Shown here: piece after piece, positions 1 to 8,541 of the stretch | Layout of the letters: each line of letters starts with the position of its first letter | Numbering within the stretch: position 1 is the first letter of the stretch | NCBI GenBank assembly: GCA_041690295.1 | Contig: JAWLHR010000026.1 | Coordinates: forward strand, 1-35,737 | Length of the DNA: 35,737 nucleotides | Source: Bdellovibrionales bacterium | GTDB lineage: Bacteria; Bdellovibrionota; Bdellovibrionia; Bdellovibrionales; UBA1609 | Direction: 5' to 3' | Notes under the pieces: model-generated | What the model was told of the DNA's origin: nothing | Database searches by the model: none | Seen by the model: only the letters and a program-made list of their open reading frames with translations | Made by a program: the position numbers and the translations under genes

Positions 1-570
1 AATAACCAAATCTTCGCTGGAACCACGGCGACATGAACACGGCCTGACGGCCGTGAATGGAAAGCTACGACCTTCGATCGGAGTTACTTACTGGGCAAAG
101 GCCTTCAAGCAAATTGCCTAACCAGTGCAAATCTTATGGGAATTGTTGTGATGAGTGCCCCAACGCCGCATTTTGAGATCGCATTTTGTTCTTTTTGATT
201 GAGAAGCCTACTTCGTCGATCGATTGGCCCTGACAAAATCACTTGGTATGTCCTCCCTTGTTTTCCGCAACATGGGGTCGGGGCCGATTTGATGGTATGC
301 TTCTATCAACTGAGAATCAGAGTAATGCATTTTAAAAACCCATTGAACCAAACGATGCATTTTATATAGCTGTCTAGCTATTTCGAATAGTTGAATTGCA
401 CAAAATATTAAAATCAAGATCACTACGTATTCCACATTCACACTCTCCAATCCGAATTGGATGTTTTCTTTAGCTGAAATTGGGGTGTCTATGTGCGATT
501 TGGGTGGTGACTTATTGGCGACTTGATGCGACGAGTCTTTTCTTCTTCTTCTCTAACATATTGAAATCAT
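1..570. mobile_element. Probable boundary (att junction) of an integrated element inserted at the 3' end of tRNA-Thr
   Basis: Visibly AT-rich versus the DNA beyond 650; directly abuts the tRNA CCA end; short direct repeats TGGTGACTT (505-513) and TGGCGACTT (516-524); IHF-like TAACATATTGAAA (554-566). No integrase is visible in the window. Confidence 0.5.
208..450 (-). CDS. Small hypothetical membrane protein
   Basis: 80-aa ORF with an N-terminal hydrophobic helix (YVVILILIFCAI), AT-rich codons, TTG start. Confidence 0.5.
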   Translation of the reverse strand: MESVNVEYVVILILIFCAIQLFEIARQLYKMHRLVQWVFKMHYSDSQLIEAYHQIGPDPMLRKTREDIPSDFVRANRSTK

Positions 571-646
571 TGGAGCCGATGACCCGAATCGAACGGGCGA
601 CCCACGCATTACGAATGCGTTGCTCTACCGACTGAGCTACATCGGC
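571..646 (-). tRNA. tRNA-Thr (anticodon CGT)
   Basis: Reverse complement GCCGATGTAGCTCAGTCGGTAGAGCAACGCATTCGTAATGCGTGGGTCGCCCGTTCGATTCGGGTCATCGGCTCCA: 76 nt cloverleaf, anticodon stem ACGCA/TGCGT around TTCGTAA, GTTCGA T-loop, encoded CCA. Confidence 0.97.
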
Positions 647-687
647 CCAATTCCGTATTTACCAAATAATCATTGGCTGGCAAGCAT

Positions 688-1962
688 TCAGAGTCCCAGC
701 GGCCAGGTTTCGGGCAGTTTGGTGCGATCCAGCTCTTGGACAAGGGGCCGCAAAGCGGTTGTCCGATCAAAGAAGAGAAAGACGTCATAGCGCTCCGAAA
801 GAGACGTGGGAACGTAGTTGGCGAATTGATCGTACCTGGGGTTGTAAACCACGCCGATAGCCCGGTGAGGCCGCACTTCCCGAAACCGGTCACGGTGATC
901 CCGCAGATCGAGCACGAACTGTTCGACGTCTCGCCTCAAGGCGGCTTGGTGAAATCCGTGTTCAATGCTTCCCTCACGGCCTGGTGGAACGGTCATGCGC
1001 ACGGTCGGACCGCCCCAGGCGGGTGAGGCGATCACTTCACCCTCATAGGTTCCAAACCCAATCAAGGCCACGGCCTCATCGCCCCATTTTTGCCGCGCCA
1101 ATCCGCCGATGTTGATTTGTCCGCGCTCCACCATATCGGTGGCGCGATAATCTCCGATGTGGGTGTTATGGGCCCAGATGATGGCCTTGGAATTCTCGCC
1201 ATGGCGCCTGAAAAGGTGTTCCAAGGTATCGTGCATGTGTGAGTCGCGCACATTCCATGGATCCTCTTCGTCTTCAACCATGGTGCGATAGTAATTTTCA
1301 GCGTTGGCCACGATCCGTGCGTTCTGTTGGGCGTTGAACACGGAAATGTGATCATCTTTCAAGTCGAGCAGAAGTAAGAGTGTTTCCAGGACCTCACGCT
1401 CGCATCCGTGAGAATTTTTGATGAGTGAGCGGGCATAGGCTTTTTCATCCCTTTCAAAGGGATCGAAACAGGCGTAGCGCTCCCGCACCTCTTTGGCCAG
1501 CGCGGGTTTAATTTCAGAAACCAGCCGGATCACTTCGTCCACGGATTCGAACAATGAATAAACATCAAGTCCGTAAAAAGAAACCCGGTCTTCGTCGGCG
1601 GAATTGTCATTGTACCGTTTCATCCAAGTGACTAGGTCCCAAATGTCGGAGTTCGCCCACATCCACGTGGGCCAGCGCTGAAAGGCCATGAGCGCGTCGC
1701 GGGCGTCACCCTCCGCGCGCGAGTGAATGTAGTCGTTCACTTTCCAACAGGGCGGCCAATCACCTTCGACCGCGATAAAGCGAAAACCGAGATTTTCGAT
1801 GAGATAGCTCGAGATCAACCGGCGCCACTCATAAAACTCATGGGTTCCGTGAGTGGCTTCGCCTAGCATGACCACTCGACACCCGCCGAGAGAGTCCAAA
1901 ATTCTTTTTAGGTCTCTGATTTCTTCGAACGGAACATAAAGGTGTTCAATCCCCGGCGGCAT
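688..1962 (-). CDS. Erythromycin esterase (EreA/EreB-like) family protein
   Basis: Motifs LGEATHGTHEFY, AVEGDWP, RWPTWMW, WNVRD, WAHNTHIGD, RAIGVVY. Start moved to ATG at 1962, downstream of a sigma54-like box. Confidence 0.92.
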   Translation of the reverse strand: MPPGIEHLYVPFEEIRDLKRILDSLGGCRVVMLGEATHGTHEFYEWRRLISSYLIENLGFRFIAVEGDWPPCWKVNDYIHSRAEGDARDALMAFQRWPTWMWANSDIWDLVTWMKRYNDNSADEDRVSFYGLDVYSLFESVDEVIRLVSEIKPALAKEVRERYACFDPFERDEKAYARSLIKNSHGCEREVLETLLLLLDLKDDHISVFNAQQNARIVANAENYYRTMVEDEEDPWNVRDSHMHDTLEHLFRRHGENSKAIIWAHNTHIGDYRATDMVERGQINIGGLARQKWGDEAVALIGFGTYEGEVIASPAWGGPTVRMTVPPGREGSIEHGFHQAALRRDVEQFVLDLRDHRDRFREVRPHRAIGVVYNPRYDQFANYVPTSLSERYDVFLFFDRTTALRPLVQELDRTKLPETWPLGL

Positions 1963-2001
1963 GTACCGACTCCCGTGTATGGATTGCCGTGTGGACAAGA
2001 G

Positions 2002-2017
2002 GGCAAAATTCAAGCCA
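2002..2017 (-). promoter_or_regulatory. sigma54-type -24/-12 promoter for the esterase gene
   Basis: Minus strand TGGCTTGAATTTTGCC = GG-N10-GC with TTGC. Confidence 0.6.
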
Positions 2018-2034
2018 TGGATGGGAATTTGCAA

Positions 2035-3009
2035 ATGAGTGCCCGCGTGCGAACCATAGCCCTTTTCATTTTTCTTTTCGCGAGTTCATTCGCGTTTGGC
2101 GCGAGCGATTGCGAGCGCCTGTTACAGTCACCACCTATACCTCGGACACCGCAACCCAAGTACGTCATAGAGTTGGAATCGGCGGGACAGATTATCCGCC
2201 TCGAGGACCCGATTCCTTATTTAGGGTCGGCCTACTACATCTTTTTAGTCACCGCGGATGGGGAAATACTTTTAAGCAAACAGTACGACGCCAAATCGTA
2301 CATGGAGACGGGAAAAGGTTTGGCGACGCACAAGTCACTCCTCAATATGTACCAAGAAACAAAGTTGACCTCAGTGCAGTATCGCATCGTTGCGGCCGGA
2401 GAGTTTCAAGCGGCGTTTGGGCGCATCATTTATCTAACCAACAGGTCGGGAAACTTCCGCAACACCATGAAGCGTCTGGCGTTATGCCGCGGGTGTTTTG
2501 AAGAGCGGGGATTTTTATTTGATAAGGAGGTCTTGGTCACGCCCACTCAGGACCGTGGTCATACGCCCAAAGACCGCGACTTCGACGAATACAAACTGGA
2601 AGTTCTCAAAGCCATCGAAATGGAGCCTAATGGGCCGGAGCTCATAAAACTTTACGAGCGATTTCATGCCCTGATTTTGGAGTCTTTTCCCAAGGAGACC
2701 GCCCGCGAGTCCATCGCGGAAATGTTAAAGGCCCGGGCGGCGGGGGCGGCGGTGACTAACGAGACGCGAGCTTACTCCGCCTTCTACTATCCTTTGCTGA
2801 CCGCCTATAACCGGGACGGCTTGGAGTACGGCCTTTTGGCCTTTTTCCGTTCGGAGATGAAACAGCATCCTCCGCGCCCCGAATATGATTATAGGGAAGC
2901 CATCGCCTCACAGATTGAAAATGTGATTATTGGCGCGGGTGAAAAATTCAATAAGGACTTGAAGGAAAAATGGAAAAAACTGGCCGAGGCGTTTTTGGCC
3001 CTTAAATGA
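2035..3009 (+). CDS. Secreted hypothetical protein (signal peptide, DCxxLL, H...AAGE...NRSGNF motif)
   Basis: Signal peptide MSARVRTIALFIFLFASSFAFG from ATG 2035; long uninterrupted ORF. Confidence 0.8.
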   Translation: MSARVRTIALFIFLFASSFAFGASDCERLLQSPPIPRTPQPKYVIELESAGQIIRLEDPIPYLGSAYYIFLVTADGEILLSKQYDAKSYMETGKGLATHKSLLNMYQETKLTSVQYRIVAAGEFQAAFGRIIYLTNRSGNFRNTMKRLALCRGCFEERGFLFDKEVLVTPTQDRGHTPKDRDFDEYKLEVLKAIEMEPNGPELIKLYERFHALILESFPKETARESIAEMLKARAAGAAVTNETRAYSAFYYPLLTAYNRDGLEYGLLAFFRSEMKQHPPRPEYDYREAIASQIENVIIGAGEKFNKDLKEKWKKLAEAFLALK

Positions 3010-3074
3010 GGCCCTTTTGGCCAGCAATAAAATCGATTCTATTTGCTTGAAACTCGGTGTACTGTTGCCCGTGA

Positions 3075-4403
3075 ATGAGGCGGTATTTCGGCTCGGTTTT
3101 ATTTTGGCCCGTCGTTGCGTCCACCTCAGCGGTTCTTGCGGCGTATCTCTTCATGCCCCGTTCGCATCGGTCCTTCGATCTCCTTTTCCTGGCGGACACC
3201 ACCTTGGTCTTCCTATTCTTCTTTGCTTCAATCATCGTCAGCCAGATGACCAAGAACTTGCGCTCCAGTGAAGAGCGTCTTCGCTTCGCCATGGAGATCG
3301 CCAGCCACGGTTTTTGGGATTGGGATTTAAAAAGCAACAAAGTTTATTTTAGTCCGCAGTGGGCCAGATCGCTTGGTTACCAACCGGAAGAAATTCCCGG
3401 CGTGTTCGAAACAATCGAGGCGCTGATACATCCGGACGATGTGGAGCGAACCAAAGCGGCGATCCAGGCGCATTTATCCGGAAAAGCGCCAGTCTTTCAT
3501 GTTGAAAACCGGCTGCGGATGAAATCCGGTCAATGGCGCTATAATGAGTGCGTTGGAAAGGTGGTCGAAATGAACCGAACGGGTCAACCTATGCGTATAG
3601 TGGGAGTCGATAAGGACATCTCGTACAAACAGGCGATTCATCATGAGCATGCCGCGCGCAAGACCGCCGAAGCGGCGAATCGCGCGAAAGAAGATTTGAT
3701 GTCGCTGGTTTCACACGATCTGCGAAGCCCTGTATCGACGGTGCTCGCCGCGGTCGAGGTGCTTCGGCAAAAGGATATAGGTGAGGACGTACAGAGTCAG
3801 GCTTTGAACATGATCGATCGGGCGGCGAAAATGCAATTGATGCTCATCAATGACCTTGTCGATTGGGCTCGAATCAGGAAGGGCAAGTTCAATTTGTGTC
3901 GCCGCCAGACGCGGATTTCCGAGGTGATTCAAACCGCATGGGATGCGGTCCGGCTTTCCGCCGATCAAAAGTCGATTTCTTTCCAGTGCCATCTGGATCC
4001 ACGGGCCGAGGAAGTCGTCGCCGATCCGGAACGGCTGACCCAGGTTTTTTGGAATCTATTTTCGAACGCCGTTAAGTTCACTCCTGAAGGTGGACGGATC
4101 ACGGTTCAAGCGATCGCTCGCGATCACGATGTTCTCATCTCGGTGAGAGACACCGGGCGCGGTCTTGAACGGGATGCACTGGAGAATATATTTAATCCTT
4201 ACTGGCAAAAAGATGCGGGCGATGCGGAACATCTTGGAGGTTTAGGACTCGGGCTCTACATTGTTCGTGAAATTGTCGAACGTCATGGGGGATCCATAAA
4301 GGCCGAAAGTCATGGCGCGAACACGGGCACCAGTTTCACGATCGAATTGCGCGACTGCATCGAATTGCCATTTCGCGAGAAGAACAACTCGCTCCATCAT
4401 TGA
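3075..4403 (+). CDS. PAS-domain sensor histidine kinase
   Basis: Two N-terminal TM helices, PAS/PAC (GFWDWD...IHPDD), H-box SHDLRSP, N-box NLFSNAVKFT, DTGRG, GLGLGL. Confidence 0.95.
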   Translation: MRRYFGSVLFWPVVASTSAVLAAYLFMPRSHRSFDLLFLADTTLVFLFFFASIIVSQMTKNLRSSEERLRFAMEIASHGFWDWDLKSNKVYFSPQWARSLGYQPEEIPGVFETIEALIHPDDVERTKAAIQAHLSGKAPVFHVENRLRMKSGQWRYNECVGKVVEMNRTGQPMRIVGVDKDISYKQAIHHEHAARKTAEAANRAKEDLMSLVSHDLRSPVSTVLAAVEVLRQKDIGEDVQSQALNMIDRAAKMQLMLINDLVDWARIRKGKFNLCRRQTRISEVIQTAWDAVRLSADQKSISFQCHLDPRAEEVVADPERLTQVFWNLFSNAVKFTPEGGRITVQAIARDHDVLISVRDTGRGLERDALENIFNPYWQKDAGDAEHLGGLGLGLYIVREIVERHGGSIKAESHGANTGTSFTIELRDCIELPFREKNNSLHH

Positions 4404-5692
4404 ACGGGCGTCGCCGTTTCCAGGTGGGCCGCCTCGCCAAAGAATTTCTTAAACCAGTTCATCGCCAGCTCCGCCACGCGCTCCAGTGTTCCCGGTTCCT
4501 CGAAGAGATGGGTGGCGCCAGGCACGATCTCTAGTTTTTTTTCGCAACGAAGTTGGTCAAGCGCGATGCGATTCAAATCGATCACGGGAACGTCATTGCC
4601 GCCGACGATCAGTAAAGTGGGCGCTTGCACTCGCGCCAGGTACTCGCCGGCGAGATCGGGACGGCCACCGCGCGAAACAACGGCCCTTACCCGGGCGGGA
4701 TCAATGGCGGCCGCCACGAGCGCCGCGCCCGCCCCGGTGCTGGCTCCGAAATAGCCAAGTTTCAGGTTCACCAGATTCGGCTGTTCAAGAGCCCAGCTCG
4801 AAATTTCATTGAGGCGTCGTGCGAGAAGCGCGATATCAAAAACATTCGCCCGGTTTTCGGATTCTTTTTCCGTAAGTAAGTCGGCGAGAACCGTGGCCAT
4901 GCGGGCGCGATTCAAACTTTCCGCCACGAACTGGTTGCGCGGGCTCAATCGACCACTACCGCTTCCGTGGGCGAAAACCACCAAGCCGATGGGGTTTTCA
5001 GGTAAGCCGATGATGGCTTTAAGGTTAAGGGGGCCGATGTCGACTTCAGCCGGGCGTAAACTGAAGAGCGCACCGACCTCAGCATCCGAGACTTGCGAGA
5101 AATTCCGGTAGTAATATCCGACAGCACCGAAGGGATCAGGCACGGCCACCGTGCGCACTTCCACGCCTTCCATTTCCAGGAGATGAACCGCCTGTGGACT
5201 CGCGACCGGAGCGGCCACGATAATTCGCTTCGCGCCCCGATGCCTTAAGCTTTGTACCGCGGCGGTCATGGTGGCGCCGGTGGCGATGCCGTCATCAACT
5301 ACGATGACGATACGATCTTTCGGCGATATCGGAAGGCGTCCTTTACCCAGTTGGCGGCGCTGCTTGTGAAGGAGTTCCACCTGCTTGACGGCGTAATTTT
5401 CAACATCCTCTTCCGAGATGCCGTGCTCGCGCGCTCCCAACCCAAGCACGACTTCACCATCTTCCGTCACCGAACCGATGGCGAACTCCGGTTGCAGAGG
5501 GTGACCGATTTTCTTTACCAGAATCATATCGAACTCACCGCCCAGGCCATCGGCGATAATTTTGGCCATGGGAATCGCGCCGCGCGGGATTCCCAGCACG
5601 AGCGGATTTTGACCTTTGAACTCGGTTAAATGTGAAAGAAGCTTCTTGGCCGCGTCTTCCCTGTCTTCAAAAGGCAGATTCTCATCCACCAT
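4397..5692 (-). CDS. Phosphoribosyltransferase fused to a C-terminal dienelactone-hydrolase-like alpha/beta hydrolase
   Basis: FEDREDAA, GIPRG, PRPP loop VVDDGIATGAT; then FAHGSGS, GYFGASTG, VSRGGRPDL, GATHLFEE. Confidence 0.93.
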   Translation of the reverse strand: MVDENLPFEDREDAAKKLLSHLTEFKGQNPLVLGIPRGAIPMAKIIADGLGGEFDMILVKKIGHPLQPEFAIGSVTEDGEVVLGLGAREHGISEEDVENYAVKQVELLHKQRRQLGKGRLPISPKDRIVIVVDDGIATGATMTAAVQSLRHRGAKRIIVAAPVASPQAVHLLEMEGVEVRTVAVPDPFGAVGYYYRNFSQVSDAEVGALFSLRPAEVDIGPLNLKAIIGLPENPIGLVVFAHGSGSGRLSPRNQFVAESLNRARMATVLADLLTEKESENRANVFDIALLARRLNEISSWALEQPNLVNLKLGYFGASTGAGAALVAAAIDPARVRAVVSRGGRPDLAGEYLARVQAPTLLIVGGNDVPVIDLNRIALDQLRCEKKLEIVPGATHLFEEPGTLERVAELAMNWFKKFFGEAAHLETATPVQ

Positions 5693-5965
5693 CCACCGCC
5701 TAAAGGGCAAAAAAGCGAGGCCTAAAGTACGGCATCTCCTTTAGGCCCTTACGTAAGCGTTTTAAGCTTACGTCATGGTTGGTTTCGCGATGGGCCTGTT
5801 CGTTTAATTCCCTGAGAAGAGAGTTAAACATGCTATCCCATTTTCAAAGGTTGCCACGAAAACAACCATGTAAACTTATAGCGCTTGGCAATTTTCGTTC
5901 CGCCCAAACCAGCGAATTTTTTGAAGGACTTCACGTCATGGCGTTCGTGGGCGCCCCATTATCCG

Positions 5966-5981
5966 CGGCGAAGAAATTGCA
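5966..5981 (+). promoter_or_regulatory. sigma54-type -24/-12 promoter for the first DksA/TraR gene
   Basis: CGGCGAAGAAATTGCA = GG-N10-GC; predicted +1 near 5992, 3 nt before ATG 5995. Confidence 0.55.
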
Positions 5982-5994
5982 ACTCCGTGACCAC

Positions 5995-6411
5995 ATGGAG
6001 CAAGAACGCCAACTCACCCCCGAAGGGCTCGCGGAACTTCGCCGCAGACTCGAAGCGCGACGAGACGCTTTGATCAGAGCGAAACGCGCGGCTGAAGAAA
6101 TAGAGTACCCGGACCCGGAAAGTGAGGAAATCGCTCGAGTCAGCCCCGAGGAATTGGAGCGCATTGACTTTCCCTCCGGAATTATTCCCGAAGAAGAAAT
6201 CACCGATGAAGTGACCGAAATTGACGATGCCATTGTGCGAATGCAAGCGGAACAGTACGGGGTTTGTGACCGGTGCGGCAAAGAGATATCATTTGATCGT
6301 TTGGAGCAGTTTCCCTACACCCGCCACTGCTCAAATTGCGCGCGAATCATGGAAAAGCAAAAGCGCGACTTAGAGGCCGAGGGACATCAAGTGAGCGATC
6401 CAGAATACTGA
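5995..6411 (+). CDS. DksA/TraR family C4 zinc-finger protein
   Basis: Coiled coil followed by YGVCDRCGKEISFDRLEQFPYTRHCSNC; start moved to ATG 5995. Confidence 0.9.
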   Translation: MEQERQLTPEGLAELRRRLEARRDALIRAKRAAEEIEYPDPESEEIARVSPEELERIDFPSGIIPEEEITDEVTEIDDAIVRMQAEQYGVCDRCGKEISFDRLEQFPYTRHCSNCARIMEKQKRDLEAEGHQVSDPEY

Positions 6412-7421
6412 TCCAGGCGAATCAGTTCTCCGTGATAATATTTCGCCAGCTCATCAAAAACCTGCTCTGGGTTCTCCATATAACGTTTTGAAAAGTGAAA
6501 GGGCACGACAGTTTTGACTTTCGCGGCGGCGGCGAGATTTCCCATGAACTCCGCCGTGAAATGTTTGGTTTCATCGGCGGCCAAGCGGTCTTTTTCCACA
6601 AAACAGGTCTCGGCGAAAAGAAAATCCGCTCCGATTAACTCTGGTAATAGAATCTGGAAATTCTCGTCATGTGCCGCGCCGTCGGTCACGTACGCTAATT
6701 TAAGTCCCGGTTTCTCGGCAACAAGCCACCGGGCCAGTTGAGAAATTGAAACTTCCGTCTCGGAACCGTCCCGGCGCGGGACCCGAATGAATCCGCTTTC
6801 ATCTCCACGCGCGACGTGATCCTTAAGCACACCCAGCCAGGGACCGGAGACAAATCCAAGGTCATCGAGCTGGGTCTCGTTGACGTGATGTTCAGGTTTT
6901 TCATTGATGAAATAAGCCAATGAAGGTGTTCGGTGGTCGATCTGGCGGGTAAAAACCTGAATGTAGCGTTCGTCAAAAACCGGCGACTCAAAGGACCAGG
7001 GCGTGACTTCGACGTCCGAGGCGCTAAAGCCGTCTTTGGCGCGAAAATGAACGGTCGTTTTTTTACCCCCAAGCGGGTCAAGATCGACCGCGACGAATTC
7101 CAGATTTTTATCCCAAACTAAATTCCACGTATAACCTTTAAGCTTGCCTTGCACCCGGCTTGAAGTCTCGGGTGGGCCGACAAGGGTGACCGTTTTCTCC
7201 GTCCCGATTTGCAGGCGTAAGAAAAGATCAAAGCCGAAAAAGTGATCGATATGGCAGTGGCTCAGAAAAATATGCGTCACTTTCATCAGGGATTTTGGCG
7301 AAAAACGGGTGATATCGCCGCAATCAAAAAGCAGGCATCCGCTTGAGTTGATGTGTTTGATGTAAAGCGCGGGATCACCAAAGTATCCGTTTGGAAATCG
7401 CCACTGCAACCGAGGTTTCAT
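6387..7421 (-). CDS. RNase Z-like metallo-beta-lactamase fold hydrolase
   Basis: NGYFGDPALY, LLFDCGD, SHCHIDHFFG, AYVTD, HFTA, PFHFSKRY; start moved to ATG 7421. Confidence 0.9.
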   Translation of the reverse strand: MKPRLQWRFPNGYFGDPALYIKHINSSGCLLFDCGDITRFSPKSLMKVTHIFLSHCHIDHFFGFDLFLRLQIGTEKTVTLVGPPETSSRVQGKLKGYTWNLVWDKNLEFVAVDLDPLGGKKTTVHFRAKDGFSASDVEVTPWSFESPVFDERYIQVFTRQIDHRTPSLAYFINEKPEHHVNETQLDDLGFVSGPWLGVLKDHVARGDESGFIRVPRRDGSETEVSISQLARWLVAEKPGLKLAYVTDGAAHDENFQILLPELIGADFLFAETCFVEKDRLAADETKHFTAEFMGNLAAAAKVKTVVPFHFSKRYMENPEQVFDELAKYYHGELIRLDQYSGSLT

Positions 7422-7440
7422 GAAAAGAGAATAGCCGCAT

Positions 7441-7456
7441 TGGACGCCGTTTTGCA
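7441..7456 (+). promoter_or_regulatory. sigma54-type -24/-12 promoter for the second DksA/TraR gene
   Basis: TGGACGCCGTTTTGCA = GG-N10-GC; followed by a GGAG RBS (7470-7473) and ATG 7482. Confidence 0.6.
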
Positions 7457-7481
7457 GGGTTACAAGAGCGGAGTGTAAATA

Positions 7482-7874
7482 ATGCCCCTTTTGACCGAAG
7501 AACAGCTTCTCCATTTCCGTGATCGGCTTGAGAAACGCCGCAATTCCATTTTGCGGGTGGTAAAGGACGTGGAGCGGGAGGGGCTGGATTTAAATGTGGA
7601 TCAGATTGGTGAGATTTCCCGGATTAAAGTTCATCCGGCCGACCTTGGAACCGAGGAAGCCACGCGCGATGTCTCGTTGAATTTGGCCGGACAAGGAATC
7701 ATGCAGATTCAGGAGATTGAAGCGGCCCTAAATAGAATCCAGAACCACACTTATGGGATTTGCGAGCGATGTGGAAAAGACATCGATCTCGCGCGCTTGG
7801 AAGCCATGCCCGAAACCCGATATTGCATTGAGTGCGGGGGCCGGATGGAAACCAGCGCTCCTACGAATATTTGA
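7482..7874 (+). CDS. DksA/TraR family C4 zinc-finger protein (HPADxGTE tip, YteA/YocK-like)
   Basis: HPADLGTEE, YGICERCGKDIDLARLEAMPETRYCIEC. Confidence 0.93.
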   Translation: MPLLTEEQLLHFRDRLEKRRNSILRVVKDVEREGLDLNVDQIGEISRIKVHPADLGTEEATRDVSLNLAGQGIMQIQEIEAALNRIQNHTYGICERCGKDIDLARLEAMPETRYCIECGGRMETSAPTNI

Positions 7875-8316
7875 CCCGCATTTGCGCGCTGTCCACGATG
7901 TTTCTTTCCATGGATTCAAACAATGACTGAAGACTCTCGCCGGCGGGAAGCTTTAACGCTTTGTTGAGAGCGTAAACAGTGAATAAAAATTCACGGGATT
8001 CACTCCTGTTCCTCACCCCTGGTCCAGTGTAACCCAGTTTTCCAAAGCTGTTTTCCATTTGATTGACCTGCACCGGATCGGTGATCACCCCGCGCATGGG
8101 TAAACCTTCGGGAAGAAATGTCACTTCCTTCGGGATTCCGTAAACACCCCAATGTAAGGCTTTGTCTCCGCCGATTTCGTGAAATATCAACGCGAATTCC
8201 TCGGTGTCTTGAGGGTATCCATCCCATTGGATAGGGGGTGAGATGTCATCGCCATCGGCGGTGTAAGGCCTTGGTAAAACGTCACCGTCGTTAAAAGCGG
8301 GACTGAAAACCTTCAT
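7861..8316 (-). CDS. YbhB/YbcL (PEBP/RKIP) family protein, degenerate
   Basis: SPAFNDG, YTADGDDISPP, HWGVYGIP, NSFGKLGYTGP, FTVYAL. Confidence 0.9.
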   Translation of the reverse strand: MKVFSPAFNDGDVLPRPYTADGDDISPPIQWDGYPQDTEEFALIFHEIGGDKALHWGVYGIPKEVTFLPEGLPMRGVITDPVQVNQMENSFGKLGYTGPGVRNRSESREFLFTVYALNKALKLPAGESLQSLFESMERNIVDSAQMRVKYS

Positions 8317-8513
8317 TTTTCACTATCGACTTTATGGGGGAAGGTATTCGCCAGGGTTTCCAGATCCACGTTCGCCTCATCCCATTTTTCCGTGTCGATA
8401 ATGGGTTCCTCATCATCAGGCGGTTCGACTCGCGGCTCGTCCTTATCCAGCACGATTCGAGCTCTCGGATTCTTCAAAATCACTTTCTGTTTGGACTTAT
8501 CGCTATTGGCCAT
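8313..8513 (-). CDS. Small acidic hypothetical protein (66 aa)
   Basis: MANSDKSKQK...HKVDSEK; its stop overlaps the PEBP start (ATGA coupling); sigma54-like box immediately upstream. Confidence 0.65.
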   Translation of the reverse strand: MANSDKSKQKVILKNPRARIVLDKDEPRVEPPDDEEPIIDTEKWDEANVDLETLANTFPHKVDSEK

Positions 8514-8525
8514 GACTGAAGCCAC

Positions 8526-8541
8526 AGCACTTGCCGTGCCA
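8526..8541 (-). promoter_or_regulatory. sigma54-type -24/-12 promoter for the small ORF + PEBP operon
   Basis: Minus strand TGGCACGGCAAGTGCT: consensus TGGCAC, GG-N10-GC. Confidence 0.65.

Noticed and set aside
609..1355. ORFs 609..893, 673..1026 and 1062..1355, and similar shadow ORFs throughout the window
   Set aside because: Overlap well-supported genes on the other strand or frame and show no motifs.
688..1962. Macrolide resistance gene (ereA/ereB)
   Set aside because: Family motif only; the RWPTWMW subtype and PRTase/Hsp20 context point to the widespread uncharacterised subfamily.
5703..5723. sigma54 promoter for the PRTase gene
   Set aside because: Minus strand AGGCCTCGCTTTTTTGC has GG-N12-GC spacing, not N10.
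5779..5994. N-terminal extension of the first DksA/TraR ORF
   Set aside because: No family resemblance, overlaps the structured intergenic region, and a promoter-like box precedes ATG 5995.
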